Source of the DNA: an uncultured Bacillales bacterium
GTDB lineage: Bacteria; Bacillota_I; Bacilli_A; RF39; UBA660
Direction of reading: 5' to 3'
Assembly (NCBI GenBank): GCA_947648915.1
Contig: CANSPQ010000005.1
Coordinates: 1 to 63,249, forward strand
DNA length: 63,249 nucleotides
The translations under genes and the position numbers were made by a program. The notes below the pieces were generated by a model. That model worked only from the letters and a program-made list of their open reading frames with translations. It was not told the origin of the DNA and searched no databases. How positions within the stretch are numbered: position 1 is the stretch's first letter; every line of letters begins with the position of its first letter. Shown here one piece after another: positions 1-6,663 of the stretch.

Positions 1-73
1 TTTAAATATATAGTTGTCAATACTTTTTTCTTATTTTCTTCATGTTTTTATCCTGGTTACAATTTTGTGTATA

Positions 74-102
74 TTGTCAAAATAAGAAATTCGTGGTAAT
101 AT
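74..102 (+). promoter_or_regulatory. sigma-A type promoter for the pilin-like gene leader
   Basis: TTGTCA (74-79), 17 nt spacer, TAATAT (97-102) preceded by a TG extension. Confidence 0.6.
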
Positions 103-125
103 AGAATTATTAAAATGAATCATAG

Positions 126-193
126 AAAAATAGTTTACAGGTAGAATTATACAAGTTAACTATTTGTAAACGAGGGGGGAAATACTCTCTTTT
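126..193 (+). promoter_or_regulatory. conserved prepilin-leader element, copy 1 (stem-loop plus terminator)
   Basis: GTTTACAGGTAG (133-144) pairs with CTATTTGTAAAC (160-171), followed by GAGGGGGG-AAATA-CTCTCTTTT; homologous copies at 46509 and 62271. Confidence 0.75.
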
Positions 194-208
194 ATATTAT
201 AGGAAGGA

Positions 209-2149
209 ATGATTGGTATGAAAAGAAGAGGATTTACATTAGTAGAATTATTAGCAGTAATTGTAATACTAGCAGTAATTGCGATTATAGCAACACCAAT
301 GATTATGGATGTGATTGAAAAGTCTAGAATGGGAGCATTTAAAGATAGTGTATTAAGTGCATTTCATCAGGTGGATTACTATTTAGTAGAAAATGAGTTA
401 GGACAGGTCCCAGAAGAAGGGTTGGACGTTACTAAGATAGGACTTCAAAAGAGTCAATTTAAGTATGGTGAATTCTATCAAAGAGAAGAATTAGAAGTTG
501 TAAATATAAGTGATGGAAGATTTTGTGCAATCGGAGGAATGGAAAATCTGCAAGTATTTAAAGGGGAATGTGATTTCACTACACCAAGATGTGAATTAAG
601 AATAGAGGGAGAAAAGGGAGTAGGTGAATGGTATAATAAAAATCCAAAGGTAGTGATGGAAACAAGTGAAGCATTAACAGGCGGACTTACTTTTGGAATC
701 GGTAAAACAGAAAACTATAATAATGAAGTAAAGCAAGGAAATATAGGAAAAGCTGAATATCAAACAACAGAGACTACAACAACAAGAGTTTATTGTTATG
801 TCAAAAATGTGGGAGATAATAGGGGAAGTAATTATATTGATGTAAAAATTGATCAAACATTCCCAGAAGAAGCAACATTTAGTTATACAACAACAAGTAA
901 GAGTATAAGAGTGATTGCAAGTGGAAAAGACCAACAAAGTGGGATTACAAGATATCAATTTAGTAAAGATAATGGAGCAACATGGAGTGAAATACAACAA
1001 AGTAATAGCTATACATTTGATAACCTACAAACGGGCGAATACCCAATAAAAGTAAGAGTATATAATGGAACATATGTAGATAGTTTAAAAGAAAATAATT
1101 TATATAAAGAAAGTGAAACAAAAGTAGTAAAAACAGAGGATTTAATTGTTCCAACTTATGAAGTGAATCCAAAAGGATGGACTACTGGAGATGTAAAAGT
1201 AACCATAAAATATGGAGATCAAGGAATAAAACTATTGAAAACGACAGTAAATGTAACAAGTAATTTAAGTGCAACAAGATGTAGCAATGTGTATAATGGA
1301 ACATATACGTGTGATGGAGAAAGCACTAAGAATATAGAAGCAGGAGTCTGGTATTTAGTAGATTCCGATGTAGAACTTACATATGGTGAAAATGGAAGTG
1401 TAATTGCACAAGTAGTTGATGGTGTCAATTATAAAAGTGGAAGTAGTATAGTAATTGGTACAATTGATAAGGTAGATCCATCAGTTTATGTCGAAGTTAA
1501 TAAAAAAATTGCAACATTTACATTAGAAGATAATTCTGAATTAGTAGGGTATTCAGTTATGTCTCAAATGGAATTACCAGACGATTGGGTACCTATAAGT
1601 GGGAAGCAATCAATTGTGACATGGGAGGCTAGTCAAGCAGGAATATACTATGTATATGTAAAGGATATTGCTGGAAGAATATCTTCTGCAACATTTGAAA
1701 TGGCACAAACTTCTTTCTCCTATGAAGCTACAAAATCAACATATGCAGCAACGGATATTGGGCATAAGCATACGGGAAATAGAAACTCTGGGGGAGGATG
1801 TTATACAGTTCAAAAACAGTCATGTCAAACTTGTACTATTACAACAGTAGAATTGTCAACATCAATTAATTCGGATGGAACGTATAATTGGATTCGTTCT
1901 ACGAGACATTCTAGATGTGGCCAAGCGAATTCAGATTCATCCATTGGTAGAAGGAATTATTCTGGAAGCAATCAAGTTGGGTCATCATCACATTCTTATG
2001 GTTGTTCCACTTATTATGAATTAGGTTGTGGAAAATCAGAAACAACTGTTTATACATGCCCAAATGGTGGTACTTTAAATGGAACTACTTGTACATTATA
2101 TACATGTCCAAATGGCGGAACTTTAAGTGGAACAACTTGTAGGTATTAA
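209..2149 (+). CDS. large type IV prepilin-like protein (N-terminal methylation motif, beta-rich/Fn3-like middle, Cys-rich C-terminus)
   Basis: KRRG|FTLVELLAVIVILAVIAIIA class III signal with E5; DQQSGITRYQFSKD beta-sandwich-like segments; start could be ATG 218. Confidence 0.85.
   Translation: MIGMKRRGFTLVELLAVIVILAVIAIIATPMIMDVIEKSRMGAFKDSVLSAFHQVDYYLVENELGQVPEEGLDVTKIGLQKSQFKYGEFYQREELEVVNISDGRFCAIGGMENLQVFKGECDFTTPRCELRIEGEKGVGEWYNKNPKVVMETSEALTGGLTFGIGKTENYNNEVKQGNIGKAEYQTTETTTTRVYCYVKNVGDNRGSNYIDVKIDQTFPEEATFSYTTTSKSIRVIASGKDQQSGITRYQFSKDNGATWSEIQQSNSYTFDNLQTGEYPIKVRVYNGTYVDSLKENNLYKESETKVVKTEDLIVPTYEVNPKGWTTGDVKVTIKYGDQGIKLLKTTVNVTSNLSATRCSNVYNGTYTCDGESTKNIEAGVWYLVDSDVELTYGENGSVIAQVVDGVNYKSGSSIVIGTIDKVDPSVYVEVNKKIATFTLEDNSELVGYSVMSQMELPDDWVPISGKQSIVTWEASQAGIYYVYVKDIAGRISSATFEMAQTSFSYEATKSTYAATDIGHKHTGNRNSGGGCYTVQKQSCQTCTITTVELSTSINSDGTYNWIRSTRHSRCGQANSDSSIGRRNYSGSNQVGSSSHSYGCSTYYELGCGKSETTVYTCPNGGTLNGTTCTLYTCPNGGTLSGTTCRY
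2051..2146 (+). repeat. two 48-bp tandem coding repeats (YTCPNGGTLxGTTC)
   Basis: units start at 2051 and 2099. Confidence 0.9.
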
Positions 2150-2162
2150 AAGGAGAATGAAA

Positions 2163-2555
2163 ATGAGAAAAACAATATATGTCATTATAATAATACTTTG
2201 TACAATAGTAACAACAACAGGTTGTGGAAAGAGAATAGAGCCTGAGGAAAATAGTAAAACGAATACATCCGCAAGTGTATTCCAAGATCAAATCGTAGAG
2301 ACATTTGAATTTACTAATACATCACTTATATATGAAGAGGGAAAAACAAAATTGCAAACAACGGTAACCAATATAAGTGGCAAGATCTCCTATTTATCAG
2401 AGTTTAAAATCCATGTTAAAGTTGAAAATGAAATAATAGATTTGATTGGATTTGTGGGAGAAGAGTTGCAACCAAAAGAAAGTCGAGTCATAATGAGCTA
2501 TAGTATAGAGGATTTAACAAATGCTTCTTCTATCTCTTATGAAGTTGTCCGATAA
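2163..2555 (+). CDS. putative lipoprotein
   Basis: RBS AAGGAG at 2150; MRK plus hydrophobic stretch plus TTGC lipobox-like motif. Confidence 0.7.
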   Translation: MRKTIYVIIIILCTIVTTTGCGKRIEPEENSKTNTSASVFQDQIVETFEFTNTSLIYEEGKTKLQTTVTNISGKISYLSEFKIHVKVENEIIDLIGFVGEELQPKESRVIMSYSIEDLTNASSISYEVVR

Positions 2556-2577
2556 GTAAGCATAGCTTACTTTTTTT
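2554..2577 (+). terminator. intrinsic terminator
   Basis: AAGTAAGC-ATA-GCTTACTT plus T run. Confidence 0.75.
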
Positions 2578-2663
2578 GCAAATAAATTCTAATATATTCT
2601 AGTTTTGTCGAAATGATTTTCAGTTCATTTTGTTTGTGCTAAAGTAAAATAGCGAGGTGAAAT

Positions 2664-3011
2664 ATGTTAGAAACAACATTAGAATTTCGAAAGGGGATTT
2701 TATTTGTAAGATTGAATGGTGAATTGTCAAAAAAAACAACAAGTATTTTACAAACAGAAGTAACAGATACCATTTTGCAAAATGGAATTCAAAATGTAGT
2801 ATTCAATATGGAGCATTTAAAAGGTATTGATATGAAAGGAATGAGTTCATTATTATACCATTATGAAATTTGTAAAAATAGAAAAGGAAATTGTTATATC
2901 TGTAACATTTCTGATGAGTGGGTGTATATGAAACTCAAAAAAAATAGAATTCTAAATTATTTGCATGAAATGGATAATGAATTAACTATTTTGCAAGCTA
3001 TTACTATATAG
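2664..3011 (+). CDS. spoIIAA: SpoIIAA-like anti-anti-sigma factor (STAS domain)
   Basis: ILFVRLNGEL...NVVFNMEHLKGIDMKG STAS pattern; lies next to a sporulation sigma and spoVA. Confidence 0.75.
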   Translation: MLETTLEFRKGILFVRLNGELSKKTTSILQTEVTDTILQNGIQNVVFNMEHLKGIDMKGMSSLLYHYEICKNRKGNCYICNISDEWVYMKLKKNRILNYLHEMDNELTILQAITI

Positions 3012-3020
3012 GAGGAAAGA

Positions 3021-3674
3021 ATGACAAATGAAATGATAGTGATGTATGACAATTATATTTATTATATTATATCTAAATATTATAGCAGATATCCTAGTCC
3101 CGAAGATTTATTTCAGGCAGGAAGAATGGGGCTTGTTAATGCATATAAAAAATTTGATCCATCTTATGGAGTTCAATTCAAGACATATGCATTTGAATTT
3201 ATTAAAGGAGAAATGTCTAAATTTATTAGACAAGATCGCCCTGCGAAATATAGCCGTAATGTTACCAAATTAAAATATTTAATTGAAAAAGCAACTGCAA
3301 TTATGACACAAGAATTGATGCGTGCTCCAACTGTAAGTGAACTTGCTAGTTATCTAGGGGAACCAGAAGAAAATATTATAGAAGCGATGCAGACGATTTA
3401 TCAAATGCAAAGTATACAATCATCAATTATGCAAGAAGAAAAAGAAATTACATTAGAGGATAATATTGCATCTCCACAGGCGGATATAGATACTATGATT
3501 GCCTTTAGGGATTCCCTACAATCATTATCCTCATTTGAACAAGAACTAATCAAAAGAAGGTATATTTATGGCCAGACACAATCTGAAATCGCAGAAGATA
3601 TGGGAATTAATCAGGTACAGGTCTCTAGAAAAGTAAAAAAAATTGGTGAAAAAATCCACCAAAATGTTGCCTAA
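3021..3674 (+). CDS. SigF/SigG-family sporulation sigma factor
   Basis: EDLFQAGRMGL..FDPSYGVQFKTYA (region 2), RAPTVSELA (region 3), TQSEIAEDMGINQVQVSR (region 4, SigF-like). Confidence 0.85.
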   Translation: MTNEMIVMYDNYIYYIISKYYSRYPSPEDLFQAGRMGLVNAYKKFDPSYGVQFKTYAFEFIKGEMSKFIRQDRPAKYSRNVTKLKYLIEKATAIMTQELMRAPTVSELASYLGEPEENIIEAMQTIYQMQSIQSSIMQEEKEITLEDNIASPQADIDTMIAFRDSLQSLSSFEQELIKRRYIYGQTQSEIAEDMGINQVQVSRKVKKIGEKIHQNVA

Positions 3675-3697
3675 AAGAACGAGTTGTTCTTTTTCTT

Positions 3698-4372
3698 TTA
3701 TATAGATTTTCCTTTATTTGAAAAAGAATCTTCATTTGACAATATATTGTTTTGTCTTGTTTCAATATAGAATTTGATGAAAGGGTAAAGAAAAGAGGCT
3801 ATGTATCTTTCCGTTTGTTCCAGTAAAAGTTTGCTACTTCTCCAAGTCAATCTGCTTATGCTATCTTCTTTATCTATATCTTTTTCTTCTACCATTATTA
3901 GAGGATTTATCTTTTTTTTATTTTTTATCATTACAAGCTTTTCTTTTTTTAAAAACTTTTTAAAGATAGTATCCATATAGCGCTTTATCGCTTGTTCATA
4001 CCCATCCATCGGTGTTAATGAAATTGCCCCATTTTCTATTTTATAATCATAAAATTTACCACCTATGTAAATATGATTTGGAATAACTAATTTTTCTTCA
4101 ATTGGAATACAGTAGTATTCTAAAATAAAATGATATGGTTTTTTATTTTGTAAAACTTGTTGTTTGATTTCGTTTTCTGTTAAAACAATTCTATATTGTA
4201 TATGACATGGCATATTCACTGTCCTTGGTAGATACTTTTCTAGAGTAGGAATAATCTCTTCAATTGTAAATCCAGCCTGTTTTTTCCAATATTCTGCAAT
4301 TTCTGATGTAAACTCTGGAAAATCTTTTTTGTATTGTTCTATTTTTTTTCTCTCTAAATCATAATTAAACAT
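3698..4372 (-). CDS. hypothetical protein
   Basis: 224-aa ORF with AAGGGA RBS and its own promoter; no recognisable motif. Confidence 0.75.
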   Translation of the reverse strand: MFNYDLERKKIEQYKKDFPEFTSEIAEYWKKQAGFTIEEIIPTLEKYLPRTVNMPCHIQYRIVLTENEIKQQVLQNKKPYHFILEYYCIPIEEKLVIPNHIYIGGKFYDYKIENGAISLTPMDGYEQAIKRYMDTIFKKFLKKEKLVMIKNKKKINPLIMVEEKDIDKEDSISRLTWRSSKLLLEQTERYIASFLYPFIKFYIETRQNNILSNEDSFSNKGKSI

Positions 4373-4396
4373 AGTATTCCCCTTTTCATTTAAGCT

Positions 4397-4424
4397 ATTA
4401 TACTTTATTTTGCAAAGAAGTCAA
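4397..4424 (-). promoter_or_regulatory. sigma-A promoter of the orphan gene
   Basis: minus strand TTGACT-16-TATAAT. Confidence 0.65.
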
Positions 4425-4434
4425 GTTCAAAAAT

Positions 4435-4463
4435 GTATAAAAAAAAACTTTATTTCCATAATA
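4435..4463 (+). promoter_or_regulatory. SigG/SigF-type forespore promoter of spoVA
   Basis: GTATA-17-CATAATA matches the forespore sigma consensus; spoVA is SigG-dependent in model spore formers. Confidence 0.65.
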
Positions 4464-4480
4464 ATCCTAGGAGGAAAAAC

Positions 4481-4927
4481 ATGGAAAAAAATAAATATAA
4501 TGATTTGGTTACAAAATATACACCAAAAGAGAATCGATTAAAGAATGGTTTACTTGCCTTTTTTATCGGTGGAATCATGGGTGTAATTGGAGAATTTTTA
4601 GTAGAAATATGGTCTTATTATTTAAATATTCCAACGAAAGAAGCGGGAACATTTATGATTATTACACTTATTTTTGCTGGGTGTCTACTTACCTGTTTTG
4701 GATTTTTTGATAAGTGGGTCAATTTTGCGAAAGCTGGGTTGTTTGTTCCGATTACTGGATTTGCGCATGCGATGATGAGTGCCGCTTTGGAATATCGAAA
4801 AGAAGGCTTTGTTACTGGATTAGGTGCTAGTATGTTTAAATTATCTGGTTCTGTTATTATATTTGGAGTTGTAAGCGCTTATGTATTTGGTTTAATACGA
4901 ATTCTTTTATTTGGAGGGCAAATATGA
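4481..4927 (+). CDS. spoVAC: stage V sporulation protein AC
   Basis: AFFIGG, AGLFVPITGFA, MFKLSGSVIIFG; RBS AGGAGG before ATG 4481. Confidence 0.9.
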   Translation: MEKNKYNDLVTKYTPKENRLKNGLLAFFIGGIMGVIGEFLVEIWSYYLNIPTKEAGTFMIITLIFAGCLLTCFGFFDKWVNFAKAGLFVPITGFAHAMMSAALEYRKEGFVTGLGASMFKLSGSVIIFGVVSAYVFGLIRILLFGGQI

Positions 4928-5913
4928 CATTTCAATATAAAAACGTATATATTAACGAAACTGCTACCGTAACTGGTCCCTATGAACAAAAAGGACCTTT
5001 AGGTCAGTATTTTGATAAAGGACATGATGAGCTTTATTTTGGAACAAAAACATGGGAGAATGCAGAAAGTAAATTAATTGAAGAAAGTGTTGATATTTTG
5101 CTTACTAAAAGAGGTTGTACGAAATTTGATATTGATTTATTTATTTCAGGTGATTTACTCAATCAAACTGTAGCTTCTAATTATGCTGCAAGTCGTTTAG
5201 GGATTCCTTTTATGGGTGTTTATAATGCATGTGCAACCAGTGTAGAGGGATTGATTTTGGGTGCTAATATGGTGGAGGCAAAACAGATTCAAAATTGTAT
5301 CTGTGCCGCTTCTTCTCATAATAATGCAGCAGAAAAACAATTTCGTTATCCTGTTGAGTATGGTGGACCAAAACCGAAAACGACGACATTTACTACAACT
5401 GGATGTGCAAGTGCCTATTTGAGTAGTGAAAAGTCGGGTATTCGAGTTGAAAGTGCAACAGTTGGGACCGTAACAGATATGGGAATTAAAGATGCCTATC
5501 ATATGGGAGCAGTAATGGTTCCTGCCTGTGCAGATACCATTTATCATCATTTGATGGATACCAAAAGAGAGATTGGATATTATGATTTGGTTTTAAGTGG
5601 GGATTTGGGTGTTTATGGTGAGAATATCTTAAAAGATTATATGAAAACAGAATATGGAATTACATTAGAAAATTATGATGACACAGCCACAATGATTTTT
5701 GATGTGGAAAGTCAACCTGTATATGCAGGTGGAAGTGGACCAGCATGTGCTCCTTTAGTTACTTATAGTTATATTTTTGATCAAATGAAAAAGAAAGAAT
5801 ATAAGAAAGTTTTACTCGTGGCAACAGGTGCCTTGATGTCTACTACAATGGTGAATGAGAAAATGAGTATTCCAAGTATTGCACATGCAATTAGTTTGGA
5901 GGTTACCCTATGA
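4924..5913 (+). CDS. spoVAD: stage V sporulation protein AD
   Basis: GDLLNQ, AEKQFRYPVEYG, AGGSGPAC, ATGALMS. Confidence 0.95.
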   Translation: MTFQYKNVYINETATVTGPYEQKGPLGQYFDKGHDELYFGTKTWENAESKLIEESVDILLTKRGCTKFDIDLFISGDLLNQTVASNYAASRLGIPFMGVYNACATSVEGLILGANMVEAKQIQNCICAASSHNNAAEKQFRYPVEYGGPKPKTTTFTTTGCASAYLSSEKSGIRVESATVGTVTDMGIKDAYHMGAVMVPACADTIYHHLMDTKREIGYYDLVLSGDLGVYGENILKDYMKTEYGITLENYDDTATMIFDVESQPVYAGGSGPACAPLVTYSYIFDQMKKKEYKKVLLVATGALMSTTMVNEKMSIPSIAHAISLEVTL

Positions 5914-6260
5914 TTTATATCAATGCTTTTCTTTTTGCAGGGTTGGTTTGCTTATTAGGACAAATCATATTAGACAATACGAAATTGACTGCAGGTCATG
6001 TTACTACCATTTTTGTGGTATTAGGTGCATTTTTAGATATTTTTAGTATTTATGATAAATTTGTATTATGGGCTGGTGGAGGTGCTTTGGTTCCAATTAC
6101 GAGTTTTGGGCATTTGTTGATTCATGGTGCATTAGAAAAAGCCCAAGATTTTGGTCTCATTGGACTTGCGATGGGGATGTTTGACTTAACATCATCTGGT
6201 ATTATTTCAGCAATTGTTATTTCTTTCTTTCTATCTCTTATTTTTCAGCCAAAAGATTAA
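5910..6260 (+). CDS. spoVAE: stage V sporulation protein AE(b)
   Basis: AFLFAGLVCLLGQ, GGALVPITSFG, ends FQPKD. Confidence 0.9.
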   Translation: MIYINAFLFAGLVCLLGQIILDNTKLTAGHVTTIFVVLGAFLDIFSIYDKFVLWAGGGALVPITSFGHLLIHGALEKAQDFGLIGLAMGMFDLTSSGIISAIVISFFLSLIFQPKD

Positions 6261-6267
6261 AACCAGA

Positions 6268-6549
6268 TTATCTGGCTTTTCTTTTTGCTGTTACAAATGC
6301 AACTTCTCCATTTAAAGGATAAGTTATTTGAAAATTTATTCCTTGTTGCTCCAATGAATTTTTAAATTCTCTACATTCGATAGGATCTAAATGACCTACG
6401 ATAATGTCATGATAGCTTTCATCTTTTTGATTACCGTTATAATCTGTAGAGTAATATTTTTCTAATTCTGGATTTCGTAAGGAATAGAAACAAATAATAC
6501 GATTTTCTATATCACGGAGTTTTGCAATTTTTTCACTCTTTTCCATCAT
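6268..6549 (-). CDS. hypothetical protein
   Basis: 93-aa ORF, GAGGGGG RBS, own promoter TTGACA-16-TATAAT at 6574-6601 (-). Confidence 0.7.
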   Translation of the reverse strand: MMEKSEKIAKLRDIENRIICFYSLRNPELEKYYSTDYNGNQKDESYHDIIVGHLDPIECREFKNSLEQQGINFQITYPLNGEVAFVTAKRKAR

Positions 6550-6663
6550 AATTTCCCCCCTCTTCGGTTCTCTATTATAGCAAAATCCAATAATTTGTCA
6601 AATTTGCTAGCTTTCTTCTAGCATTTTATAGTATAATGGAAAAGCAAATGTATGGTGATGAAT

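Noticed and set aside
126-193. Prepilin leader as a c-di-GMP riboswitch (known upstream of pilin genes in clostridia)
   Set aside because: Lacks the GGCAAAC/GNRA-receptor core of class I and the GGGCAC/GTGCAACC pseudoknot of class II; it is also too short.
1740-2149. Pilin C-terminus as a diversity-generating retroelement target
   Set aside because: No reverse transcriptase and no template repeat differing only at adenines in the window; the 48-bp repeats differ at mixed bases.
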